DNA of 64,000 bases from an uncultured Clostridia bacterium (GCA_944366945.1 CALVWJ010000001.1:98404-162403), one strand, 5' to 3'; numbered from the stretch's first letter, positions 8,945-18,199 are shown. A program made the numbers and translations. The notes: generated from the sequence alone by a model not told the origin.

Positions 8945-9967
8945 ATGCAGTACATCATCGATCAATTCAAAGCGCTTACAGCCATTCCAAGCCCGAGCGG
9001 TTTCACGCGCGCGGCAACGGAATATACCGCATCCGAATTTCGAAAACTGGGGTTCAATCCAGAAGTTACCAACAAGGGTTGCATCCTGGTTGACCTAGGA
9101 GGGGACGGGGATCCACTCGTGCTTTCTGCGCATATTGATACCCTGGGCGCAATGGTTGCGGAGGTGAAGGCCAATGGCCGGCTGCGTGTGGCGCGCATTG
9201 GCGGGCTTATAGCGGGTAGCGTTGAAGCGGAAAACTGCATCGTGATCCCGCGCTTTTCGGAAAAACGCTTTGTGGGCACCTGCCAGGTGGTGAATGCTTC
9301 CGGCCATGTGAACACCAAGCTCGCGGATGTCAAACGCGATTTTGATACGCTCGAAATCGTGCTGGACGAAGCGGTGCGCAGCCGCGAGGACGTCCTTGCG
9401 CTGGGCATTGGGGTGGGCGATTATGTCTGCTTTGATCCACGCACCACCGTGACGGAAAGCGGCTACATTAAGAGCCGCTTTATCGACGATAAACTCTCCG
9501 TTGCGCTCTTGCTCGGCTTTGCCAAACGCCTCCGGGAGAGCGGCGCAGCGCTTGCGCGCAAGGTGTTTGCGTTTATTACGACCAATGAAGAGATCGGCCA
9601 TGGAGCAAGCGCAGGCATTCCACGCGAGGCCCAGGAGATCATCGCGGTCGATATGGGCTGCATTGGAGAAGGGCTAAGCTGCAGCGAAACCCAGGTGAGC
9701 ATTTGTGCGAAAGATTCGTCCGGCCCGTCTGACTATGCGGTAACCAGCGCGCTTATCCGCTGCGCAAGGGAAAACGGCATTGACTATGCCGTGGATGTTT
9801 ACCCCAGCTATGGCTCCGATGCTGACGCTGCCTTGCGCGCAGGCTATGATGTGCGGCATTGCGTGGTAGGGCAGGGGGTTTATGCTTCCCATGGCTATGA
9901 GCGCACGCATGTGGAAGGCGTGAAAAATACGTTGGCCCTGCTGGAAGCGTATACTTACAAAAAATGA
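8945..9967 (+). CDS. M42 family metallopeptidase (glutamyl aminopeptidase / FrvX-like)
   Basis: Start at ATG 8945, behind AAGGAGGAG. N-terminal IPSPSGF, AHIDTLG, and an EEIGHGAS-type metal-ligand region. Confidence 0.8.
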   Translation: MQYIIDQFKALTAIPSPSGFTRAATEYTASEFRKLGFNPEVTNKGCILVDLGGDGDPLVLSAHIDTLGAMVAEVKANGRLRVARIGGLIAGSVEAENCIVIPRFSEKRFVGTCQVVNASGHVNTKLADVKRDFDTLEIVLDEAVRSREDVLALGIGVGDYVCFDPRTTVTESGYIKSRFIDDKLSVALLLGFAKRLRESGAALARKVFAFITTNEEIGHGASAGIPREAQEIIAVDMGCIGEGLSCSETQVSICAKDSSGPSDYAVTSALIRCARENGIDYAVDVYPSYGSDADAALRAGYDVRHCVVGQGVYASHGYERTHVEGVKNTLALLEAYTYKK

Positions 9968-10387
9968 GGCGAAGGCAGCTTTCCTTGAGGATTCCAAGTC
10001 CGTTTTCAAAGGCTTAAAAGCAGTATTTCTGAGAAGACAACGCAAAAAAACGTGGCTGTGTTCGCCCCGACGCTGTACAGTAGGCGTCGGGGCGAATCCA
10101 GATAAGGGCTGCACCTTGGGGCAGCTTCGTGGCGAGCGCATGAAAAAGGAAAAGATGGAGCCCGCGGCATGCTGCAACGAGGACAATGCGCGGATGCCCG
10201 CATGCGTTCCCCTTTTTCGGCGTGCGTTTCGCTTGAATGGGCGCGGAAGGCTTTGATCGCGAGAGAAAGCAAGCGCTGCTTCGGCGACATGCCCCTTTGG
10301 AACGCGCAAGGGGAAAGAGCTTTTTTATATTTAGAGATAGAGAAGCGGATTTTGTATTTTGCGTTTATGCACCCAAACGGAATTTGT

Positions 10388-11032
10388 TTATCCAAAATGA
10401 AATGGAATCAACAGGTCAAGAAAGACTGCAAGGACGATAGCGCTTGCCACCATCATCATTGTAGCCTTTATTGTATCGCGCTTTAAAACGATCAATCCCA
10501 CAATAAAAACCAGCAGTTCTAAAATGGAACGCATTGCAAAATAGAACCAGCCATAAACAAACGTCATGTTAAACAGAACGGCGATTATAATGGCGGAGAG
10601 CACATTGGATACTCTGCTTTTTCCTTTGGCGTACCAGCAGAGAAACGCCAACAAGGGGGAGATCGCGGTAAATGCAAACCATATCATCGCATAGCTTTTG
10701 GGAAAAAAGCCGGCTACCAGTTTTGAATACAGGTAGTAGCTTCCAACCATCGCGAGAAAAAATACAAATGCGTTAACGGATGCCCGCATGGCGGAATTGC
10801 TGTAAATGGAGATGCATATTCCGAGCAGAGCCCAAATCGCAAAGCGGCCAAGGAAATTGGTAAGATCCAAATACTGAAACAAAAAAGGCAGCGCATTTGC
10901 GGGTGTGGTATCCAGGAATTTTGAAAAAGTCCCAAGCGCAATTCCGAAAAACGCTATGGCAACGGTGTGAAGCACCTGCTTACGTGTAGATATTGGCTTT
11001 TCCTTACAGCGCACGCTGCTTAAAAACGACAT
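10388..11032 (-). CDS. polytopic membrane protein, function unknown
   Basis: About 214 aa from ATG 11032 with about 6 hydrophobic segments. Noticeably lower GC than the flanks. No family recognised. Confidence 0.6.
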   Translation of the reverse strand: MSFLSSVRCKEKPISTRKQVLHTVAIAFFGIALGTFSKFLDTTPANALPFLFQYLDLTNFLGRFAIWALLGICISIYSNSAMRASVNAFVFFLAMVGSYYLYSKLVAGFFPKSYAMIWFAFTAISPLLAFLCWYAKGKSRVSNVLSAIIIAVLFNMTFVYGWFYFAMRSILELLVFIVGLIVLKRDTIKATMMMVASAIVLAVFLDLLIPFHFG

Positions 11033-11458
11033 GGGCGCACCCTTTCCAAATCCAGTTTTATTGCATTTCTGCGGTGAAAAAATAAACGCAGTAAAATGGG
11101 AACTCCGATGCGGAAAACGCTCCATGCTACTGCCTAGGTGGTTTTTCTGCGAAATATCCCGCTTTTTCTCTGGTTTGCGGCAACCTGGGCTTTTCTAAAC
11201 CGTGGTTTCGCCAGCCTACAAACGATGGACTTTGCATTGTAGCTTACTGGGCATCTTCCTAAAAAAGGATGGCCTGGAGCCAAACCTCACAACCACTCCC
11301 ATTGCAGGATGATGCCTTCTTTCGAAATGCGGAAACAGCATGCGAGGGAAAACCCAACAAGCTGCCGTGCGGATGCGTTGAAGCCTGCACCACTTCTGGA
11401 TTCCAAACAAAAGCTGCATCCTATCTGCACGCAGCGCCGAACAGAGGCGGATCAGAAC

Positions 11459-11653
11459 TTACTTCTTTTCGATTTTTGCAACGATAATCCCGCAACATAC
11501 CACCACAACAATGCAAAGGAAAGCCAGCATGCCGGTGATTGTAGCAGCTTCAAGAGAAAAGCCGTTGAAAAAGCCTGCAAAAAGCCCTCCGAAAACGATG
11601 CAGGCAATTGCCGTACCGATGCCGATTAGGATGGACTTGAGAATGGTATTCAT
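11459..11653 (-). CDS. small two-TM membrane protein
   Basis: 64 aa. GGAGG lies 7 nt upstream of the ATG and a TATAAT lies just upstream of that. Two hydrophobic helices and a C-terminal KIEKK. Confidence 0.6.
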   Translation of the reverse strand: MNTILKSILIGIGTAIACIVFGGLFAGFFNGFSLEAATITGMLAFLCIVVVVCCGIIVAKIEKK

Positions 11654-11840
11654 GCAAAAACCTCCAATTATAAGGTGCGCTAAAGTGAATTATAGCATAG
11701 CGGCATTGGTCGCAGCAAGGCGCGGAAAAGGCAGGCGCGAATGTGCATTTTGCATATAGCCTCAGCTTTCATGCCTGTATTGAACAGGTGAAAGCTTATC
11801 CTTTCATTCAGCCCATGGAAGCTTTCTGCCATTTTGGGGC

Positions 11841-11869
11841 TTGCATTCCAATTGCCGGCATGCTACAAT
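11841..11869 (+). promoter_or_regulatory. sigma-A type promoter of the ABC exporter leader
   Basis: TTGCAT (11841-11846), a 17-nt spacer, then TACAAT (11864-11869). Confidence 0.55.
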
Positions 11870-11914
11870 ACATCTCGGCGCATTGCCAATTTTCGCAGAA
11901 AGGAGCCGTGCAGC

Positions 11915-11995
11915 ATGGCAACGATTCGTTTCATTTCGCTCAGTGCAGTATTTGGCGGGATTATTATGTCCGCACGGCTTGTTGACGTGGCATAG
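11915..11995 (+). CDS. candidate leader peptide (26 aa, MATIRFISLSAVFGGIIMSARLVDVA)
   Basis: AAAGGAG lies 9 nt upstream of ATG 11915. The ORF ends 29 nt before a terminator. It is absent from the ORF track because it is shorter than 60 aa. Confidence 0.4.
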   Translation: MATIRFISLSAVFGGIIMSARLVDVA

Positions 11996-12024
11996 GCGAT
12001 CGCCTGCATTCACGCACCATCCGG

Positions 12025-12052
12025 CCGCGGACGCTCTGTCCGCGGTTTTTTC
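12025..12052 (+). terminator. intrinsic terminator between mini-ORF and ABC exporter
   Basis: CCGCGGAC-gctct-GTCCGCGG followed by TTTTTTCTT. Lies 82 nt upstream of the exporter start. Confidence 0.65.
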
Positions 12053-12133
12053 TTCCTGCATGGAAAGGACTTTTAGGAAGGCATATCCCAGCGGGCGGGC
12101 TTTTCGAACGGACTGAACAAGGGAGGGAGATTC

Positions 12134-13972
12134 TTGGAAACAGGGAAAAAGCACACCAAAACAAAAATGAATTGGAAGCTGGTTGCGCGCGCTCTCAAGG
12201 GCAGCACAAGATACCTTGTGCTTGGCGCGGTGTTTCTGCTTGTTGCCGTTGTGGCGGCATATTGTGGGCCGCTGGTAACAAGCTTCACCGTGGACTATGT
12301 GCTCGGCGAAGAAGCGAGCAGCCTGCCTGCGGCGGTCATGCGCTGGATTGATTCCTGGGGCGGCCGGGATTTCCTGCGCGGGAACATCTGGATTTGCGCG
12401 CTTGCGCTCATCGGCTGCACAGCGGTAAACGGCTTTGCAACGTATTTGCGGCGCCGCTATGTTGCGCTTGCCTCTGAAGGCGTGGCCATGACGTTGCGCA
12501 ACACGCTCTATTCCCACCTGGAAAACGTGCCCTACGATTACCACAAGCATGTTTCTACGGGCGATCTCGTGCAGCGCTGTACGTCCGATGTGGAAACCGT
12601 GCGCCGCTTTATTTCCGTGCAGCTGCTTGAAATCGTTCGCACGGTCGCCATGGTTGCGGTCGCCTGCTACATTATGTTTTCAATTGAAGTACGCATGGCG
12701 CTCGTTTCCATGGTGCTACTGCCCATCCTTTGCGTTTCATCCTTCGTGTATTTTAGACGGGTGCGCCGCCAGTTTACCCTTTCGGATGAAGCGGAAGGCA
12801 AGCTTTCCGCAACGCTACAGGAAAACCTTGCGGGTGTGCGCGTGGTGCGCGCGTTTGGCCAGCAGCGGGACGAAGTGGATAAATTTACCGTCTGCAACGC
12901 GGATTTTCGGGATAAAACATTCAAGCTTACGCAAATGATGGGCATCTACTGGGGGGCGTCGGATGCGGTGGGCTATACGCAGATCGCGCTCACGCTGTTT
13001 GTGGGCATCGCGTTTGTGGTGCGGGGCGAACTCACGCTTGGCAATTTGATGATGTTCACTTCCTATGTAGGCATGCTCACCTGGCCGGTGCGCCAGCTGG
13101 GCCGCGTGCTTGCGGACCTCGGCAAGGCGACGGTCTCTTTAGGGCGTTTGGATGAGATCCTATCCGTCCCGGAGGAAGAGGAACCAGGCCGGGCGGAAAA
13201 ACCGGAGATCCGCGGGCGCGTGCAATTTAAGGATGTCTGCTTTGGCTATGATACCTACGATGACGTGTTGCATGAGATCAGCTTCACCGCAGAGCCGGGG
13301 CAGACCATCGCGATCCTGGGTTCCACGGGTTCGGGCAAAACGAGCCTTGTGCAGCTCTTGCAGCGGCTTTATCTTTGCACGGCCGGCGCGATTTATATTG
13401 ATGGCACAAACATCAACGATATCGAACATGGGCATTTGCGCCGGAATATCGGCATCGTTTTGCAGGAACCATTCCTGTATTCGCGCACAATCATGGATAA
13501 CATCCGCCTTGTGCGCCCAGAAGCGGCGGAAGAAGAGGTGCATGCCGCAGCGCGTGTGGCCGCTGTGCACGATGTGATTGAAAGCTTCGAACAAGGATAC
13601 GATACCGTTGTGGGCGAGCGCGGCGTAACGCTCTCCGGCGGGCAGAAGCAGCGGGTGGCCATCGCCCGGATGCTGATGCAAAACGCCCCTATTCTAATCT
13701 TTGATGATTCCATGAGTGCAGTGGATACCGAAACGGATGCTGCAATCCGCGCAGCGCTCAAAAAACGGCGGGAGCACACCACAACGTTTATCATTTCCCA
13801 CCGCATTACAACGCTGTGCGAGGCGGACAACATCCTTGTGCTTGAGCATGGCCGGCTCGTGCAGCAGGGCACGCATGCCGAACTGCTTGCGCAGGATGGC
13901 CTGTACCGCCGCATTGCAGAAATCCAGAACGCGCTGGAGGATGAACTTCGCACGGAAGGAGGGGAAGCATAA
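12134..13972 (+). CDS. ABC exporter, fused permease/ATPase subunit 1 (type I exporter half-transporter)
   Basis: 612 aa. TTG start behind AGGGAGGGAG. Six-TM N-terminal domain, Walker A GSTGSGKTS, signature LSGGQKQR, Walker B ILIFDD. Confidence 0.9.
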   Translation: METGKKHTKTKMNWKLVARALKGSTRYLVLGAVFLLVAVVAAYCGPLVTSFTVDYVLGEEASSLPAAVMRWIDSWGGRDFLRGNIWICALALIGCTAVNGFATYLRRRYVALASEGVAMTLRNTLYSHLENVPYDYHKHVSTGDLVQRCTSDVETVRRFISVQLLEIVRTVAMVAVACYIMFSIEVRMALVSMVLLPILCVSSFVYFRRVRRQFTLSDEAEGKLSATLQENLAGVRVVRAFGQQRDEVDKFTVCNADFRDKTFKLTQMMGIYWGASDAVGYTQIALTLFVGIAFVVRGELTLGNLMMFTSYVGMLTWPVRQLGRVLADLGKATVSLGRLDEILSVPEEEEPGRAEKPEIRGRVQFKDVCFGYDTYDDVLHEISFTAEPGQTIAILGSTGSGKTSLVQLLQRLYLCTAGAIYIDGTNINDIEHGHLRRNIGIVLQEPFLYSRTIMDNIRLVRPEAAEEEVHAAARVAAVHDVIESFEQGYDTVVGERGVTLSGGQKQRVAIARMLMQNAPILIFDDSMSAVDTETDAAIRAALKKRREHTTTFIISHRITTLCEADNILVLEHGRLVQQGTHAELLAQDGLYRRIAEIQNALEDELRTEGGEA

Positions 13973-15804
13973 TGGCAAGCGCTCTTTTGGAACAGGATTA
14001 TGATAAGGATGTAAAAGTGGATCTCTCCATCTGGAAACGCCTTTTCCAGTATGCATTCCGGTATAAGAAAAACACGACGATTCTAATCGTGATCAACATT
14101 TTAATCGCCATTGTGGATATTATTTATCCGCTCATGAGCAGGTATGCCATTGATACGTTCATCGAGGGGGAGACGACCAAGGGACTACCGTTTTTCGTTG
14201 TGCTGTATCTCTGCTTGATCGCATTCCAGGCTTTTGGGGTTTACCTGTTCGTTGCGCGCGCCGGGCGCATCGAGATGGATGTTTCCTATGATATCCGGCA
14301 GGAAGGTTTCCGCAAGCTGCAAGAGCTGTCCTTTTCCTTCTATGATAAAACGGCCGTGGGCTATTTGATGGCCCGCATGGTCAGCGACGTGGGAAGGCTT
14401 TCTGAGATGATCGCCTGGAGCATTGTAGACCTCCTTTGGGCGCTTACTTATGTAATCGGCGTTACGGCAGCGATGCTCGTGCTCAATTGGAAACTGGCGT
14501 TGCTTGTGCTTACCGTGATCCCGCCGCTCGCGGTGATCTCCATGTATTTTCGGAAGAAGATTCTTAAGTATCAGCGCCGCGTGCGAAAAACGAATTCGCG
14601 TATCACTGGTGCGTTCAACGAGGGCATCATGGGCGCGATGACCACGAAGACCCTCGTGCGTGAAGAGGCAAATTACAGCGAATTCCGCGAATTGACCGGA
14701 GAAATGCGCAAAACCTCCATCCGCGCGGCTGTGCTTTCCGCCATGTTTATGCCCATCGTTATGTTCCTGGGTTCCATCGGAACAGGACTTGCGCTTTACC
14801 GGGGCGGTCATGCTGTGCTGATCGGCACGCTCACTTGGGGTACCCTCAGCGCCTTTATCTCCTACACGATGAATTTCTTTGAGCCTGTGCAGCAGATTGC
14901 TGGCATCCTTGCAGAACTTCAGAGCGCGCAGGCAAGCGCTGAGCGCGTGATTTCACTCATCGATACGCCCTGCGAGATCGTGGATACGCCGGAGGTCATT
15001 GCAAAATACGGTGACAGCTTTAACCCCAAACGCGAGAATTGGGAAAGGATCCGAGGCGAGGTGGAATTCAAGCATGTTTCTTTTGCTTATAAGGGCGGGG
15101 AAAAAGTCCTTACCGATTTCAACCTGCATGTGGAAGCCGGAGAGACGATTGCCCTTGTGGGTGAGACGGGCGCTGGCAAGAGCACGATTGTAAACCTCGT
15201 GTGCCGTTTCTATGAGCCAACGGAAGGGCAGGTGCTCATCGACGGTAAGGATTACCGCGAACGCAGCCAGCTCTGGCTGCAGGATAGCCTTGGATACGTC
15301 CTGCAGACCCCGCACCTGTTTTCCGGAACCATAGCCGATAACATCCGTTATGGCCGCAAGGATGCTTCCGATGAAGAAGTACGTGCCGCAGCGCGCATGG
15401 TGCATGCGGAGGACTTCATCCTCAAGCAGGAGCATGGCTATGATACTGAGGTGGGAGAAGGCGGCGTGCGCCTTTCCACGGGCGAAAAGCAATTGATCTC
15501 CTTTGCACGCGTGATCCTAGCAGATCCGCGCATCTTCGTGCTGGATGAAGCCACAAGCTCCATCGATACGGAAACCGAGCAGCTCATCCAGGATGCAATT
15601 ACCAAGGTGCTGCAAAACCGCACAAGCTTTATCGTGGCGCATCGGCTTTCCACCATCCGCAATGCGGACCGCATCCTGGTGATCCGCGGCGGTAAAATTA
15701 CCGAAAGTGGAACGCACCGGGAACTGCTCAATCTGCATGGGTACTATTACGACCTTTACACCACGCAGTTCCGAGAGGAAGCAGCAAACGAGATTCTGAG
15801 TTAA
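13972..15804 (+). CDS. ABC exporter, fused permease/ATPase subunit 2
   Basis: 610 aa. TAATG overlap with subunit 1. Walker A GETGAGKST, degenerate signature LSTGEKQL, Walker B IFVLDE. This is the pattern of a heterodimeric exporter. Confidence 0.9.
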   Translation: MASALLEQDYDKDVKVDLSIWKRLFQYAFRYKKNTTILIVINILIAIVDIIYPLMSRYAIDTFIEGETTKGLPFFVVLYLCLIAFQAFGVYLFVARAGRIEMDVSYDIRQEGFRKLQELSFSFYDKTAVGYLMARMVSDVGRLSEMIAWSIVDLLWALTYVIGVTAAMLVLNWKLALLVLTVIPPLAVISMYFRKKILKYQRRVRKTNSRITGAFNEGIMGAMTTKTLVREEANYSEFRELTGEMRKTSIRAAVLSAMFMPIVMFLGSIGTGLALYRGGHAVLIGTLTWGTLSAFISYTMNFFEPVQQIAGILAELQSAQASAERVISLIDTPCEIVDTPEVIAKYGDSFNPKRENWERIRGEVEFKHVSFAYKGGEKVLTDFNLHVEAGETIALVGETGAGKSTIVNLVCRFYEPTEGQVLIDGKDYRERSQLWLQDSLGYVLQTPHLFSGTIADNIRYGRKDASDEEVRAAARMVHAEDFILKQEHGYDTEVGEGGVRLSTGEKQLISFARVILADPRIFVLDEATSSIDTETEQLIQDAITKVLQNRTSFIVAHRLSTIRNADRILVIRGGKITESGTHRELLNLHGYYYDLYTTQFREEAANEILS

Positions 15805-15817
15805 AATGGATGGGACA

Positions 15818-15851
15818 ATGGAGAGGGGCACACGCCCCTCTCCATTTTTTG
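15818..15851 (+). terminator. intrinsic terminator of ABC operon
   Basis: ATGGAGAGGGGC-acac-GCCCCTCTCCAT followed by TTTTTT. Confidence 0.8.
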
Positions 15852-16416
15852 TAAACGGACCCGCACCAGAAAAGGGATGCAAAACATGTGGGAAGCCCCA
15901 ACAACATGCGGCTTGCATTGCGCCGCAAGAGCATGGCGCGCGAAAAGCCGGCCGAGTGAAATGCATTTTTATGCTTAATAAGGTAACCATTCGCGTGCGG
16001 TTTAGAAGAGCAAAACAGAACCTTAGGGAAGCCACTTCTTGGATGACAACTACCGGGGTTCATGCTATGATAACGGTAGTGCCGGTAACCTGCAATAAGG
16101 ATTACGATTCGGCGCAAACTGAGCTCTTTGAGACGAAAAAACGTTTTTGCATCCCCCGTTGACGCGCAGACACAGAAACGCGGATGCTTTCGGCCATGGC
16201 GCAGGACTTTCCCGAAACAACGGCACGAAAAGGCCCGCATGAACCAGCATGGAAAACAAGGATTGCAGCGCCGCAATGATGAAAAGCGAAATCAGCACCT
16301 TTACGATGGATAAGCTCGAATCCATGCGTGTCGGGAAGCTGGCGGCAAAGCTGAATGTAAGCGCTGCTGCCGCCACGGGATAAAAGAGCGTTTGCCGGGG
16401 AAAACACTTGAGGATT

Positions 16417-17733
16417 ATGGAACAAATACACTTGCCGGATGAATTTTTGAAACGTATGCAGGCGCAGCTTGGCCCGCAATACCCTGCGTTTCTTGCAACG
16501 TATGCGCTTGCCCCCAAACGGGGTATGCGTGTGAATCTTTTGAAGTGCAGCGTGGCGGAATTTCGCGCGCTTAGCCCTGCACCAATTGCGGAAAGCGGAA
16601 TTCTGGAAGAAGGCTTTGTGCTTTCGGAAAACGGTTTGGGGGACGAGAAGGGGCTTGGGAACCATTCCTATCATCTGGCGGGCCTTTTCTATTTGCAGGA
16701 ACCTTCCGCCATGGCCGCCATTGCGCAAGCCCAAGTACATCCCGGCATGCGCGTGCTGGATCTTTGCGCTGCACCCGGCGGGAAAAGCGGAGGTATGGCG
16801 GCGCGCCTTGCAGGTGAAGGATTTCTGCTCGCCAATGAGATTGTGCCAAACCGCGCAAAAACGCTTGCCGCTACGCTGGAGCGACTTGGCGTCCCCAATG
16901 CCGCTGTAAGCTGTGCAAAACCGGAGGCTGTTGCGGAGGCACTCCCTTCTTATTTTGACGTAACGCTTGTGGATGCGCCCTGCTCAGGCGAAGGCATGTT
17001 CCGCAAGGATGCCCGCGCTGTGCTCGAATGGTCCCCTGCGCATGTTACCGCCTGCGCCGCGCGGCAGAGCGCCATCCTGGAGTGCGCTGCGAAGACGGTG
17101 CGCGGTGGCGGTGCGCTGGTTTATTCCACCTGCACCTTTTCAACGGAAGAAAACGAAGGCGTAGTGGAACGCTTCCTTGCAGGGCATCCGGAATTCGCAT
17201 TGGAACAGATGGAGCGCCTTTACCCGCATACCTCCCCGGGAGAAGGGCATTTTGTGGCGCGGCTGCGCCGGCAGGACGAAACCTTTCGGCCGCAGGAGGC
17301 TCTTCCGCTCAAACCCTGCGCGGAAACCGCGTATTACGACGGCATCGCGGAGCTTTTTTTGCAGCCGCCGCAAGGCTGTGCATATAGCCTGCCGGATGGC
17401 CGCATCATGATCGTGCGCGGCTCTCTGCCGCGAGGGTTGGGCAAGCTCTGGGTGCTGCATGTGGGCACTTTTGCTGGGGAGGTCAAAAAGGGGCGCTTTC
17501 TGCCGGCACATAGCTTGTTTCTTGCCGCCCACGGCGGCGCATATCGGAAAAAGCTGGAGCTTCCACTCGAAGATGCGCGCCTTTCTCGCTTCCTTGCGGG
17601 CGAGGCCGTTGCATGCCCGGAAGATTGGAGCGGCTTTGTGCCGGTCTGTGCGGAACGATTCCCCATCGGGTTTGGAAAAGCTGTGGACGGAATGCTGAAA
17701 AACCACTTGCCAAAGGGTCTGCGCGTCGTTTGA
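16417..17733 (+). CDS. rsmF: RsmB/RsmF-family 16S rRNA m5C methyltransferase
   Basis: Start taken at ATG 16417 (MEQIHLPDEF). SAM-binding motif DLCAAPGGKS and catalytic motif PCSGEGMFRKD, followed by a long C-terminal extension. Confidence 0.8.
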   Translation: MEQIHLPDEFLKRMQAQLGPQYPAFLATYALAPKRGMRVNLLKCSVAEFRALSPAPIAESGILEEGFVLSENGLGDEKGLGNHSYHLAGLFYLQEPSAMAAIAQAQVHPGMRVLDLCAAPGGKSGGMAARLAGEGFLLANEIVPNRAKTLAATLERLGVPNAAVSCAKPEAVAEALPSYFDVTLVDAPCSGEGMFRKDARAVLEWSPAHVTACAARQSAILECAAKTVRGGGALVYSTCTFSTEENEGVVERFLAGHPEFALEQMERLYPHTSPGEGHFVARLRRQDETFRPQEALPLKPCAETAYYDGIAELFLQPPQGCAYSLPDGRIMIVRGSLPRGLGKLWVLHVGTFAGEVKKGRFLPAHSLFLAAHGGAYRKKLELPLEDARLSRFLAGEAVACPEDWSGFVPVCAERFPIGFGKAVDGMLKNHLPKGLRVV

Positions 17734-17761
17734 AACGGGGATTGCAAAGAGGAGGAAGGGA

Positions 17762-18199
17762 ATGGAACTGTTCCAGGCCGGAAAAAAGGACCTCGAGGAT
17801 ATCGTAGCGCTTGCGCACGCGCTGTTTGAAGGGAATGAGATGGAGGCGCTCAGAGCAGAGACGGAGGCGCTGTTGCACGACGCGGATGCAGCCATTTTCT
17901 TGTGCCGCTTGGAAGGAATGGCTGTGGGCTTTGCGCAATGCCAGCTGCGGCGGGATTATGTGGAAGGAGCAAAAAGCAGTCCTGTAGGGTATCTTGAAGG
18001 CATTTATGTAAAAAAGACATGCCGCAGGCAGGGGATCGCGCGGGCCTTGCTCCAATGCGCAGAAGCATGGGCGAAGGAAAAGGGATGCCGGGAATTTGCG
18101 AGCGATTGCACGCTGGAAAACCAGGAAAGCCTCCGCTTTCACCAAAACGTTGGTTTTGCGGAGGCCAATCGGATTATTTGCTTTATCAAAAGGCTATGA
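17762..18199 (+). CDS. GNAT acetyltransferase closely resembling AAC(6')-I aminoglycoside 6'-N-acetyltransferases
   Basis: 145 aa. The stretch VGFAQCQLRRDYVEGAKSSPVGYLEGIYV...KGCREFASDCTLENQESLRFHQNVGFAE lines up almost residue for residue with the AAC(6')-Iy-type sequence as I recall it. Confidence 0.75.
   Translation: MELFQAGKKDLEDIVALAHALFEGNEMEALRAETEALLHDADAAIFLCRLEGMAVGFAQCQLRRDYVEGAKSSPVGYLEGIYVKKTCRRQGIARALLQCAEAWAKEKGCREFASDCTLENQESLRFHQNVGFAEANRIICFIKRL

Noticed and set aside
10061-10096. Perfect 13-bp hairpin TTCGCCCCGACGC...GCGTCGGGGCGAA considered as a REP-like or mobile repeat.
   Set aside because: There is only one copy in the window. On the minus strand a T7 run follows 10 nt away, so it is more simply a distal terminator for the membrane-protein gene.
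16065-16517. 150-aa minus ORF with a hydrophobic stretch, and an antisense 44-aa plus ORF (16249-16383), both in the rsmF upstream spacer.
   Set aside because: Neither has an RBS at a sensible start. The minus ORF overlaps the rsmF start. The composition is not convincing.
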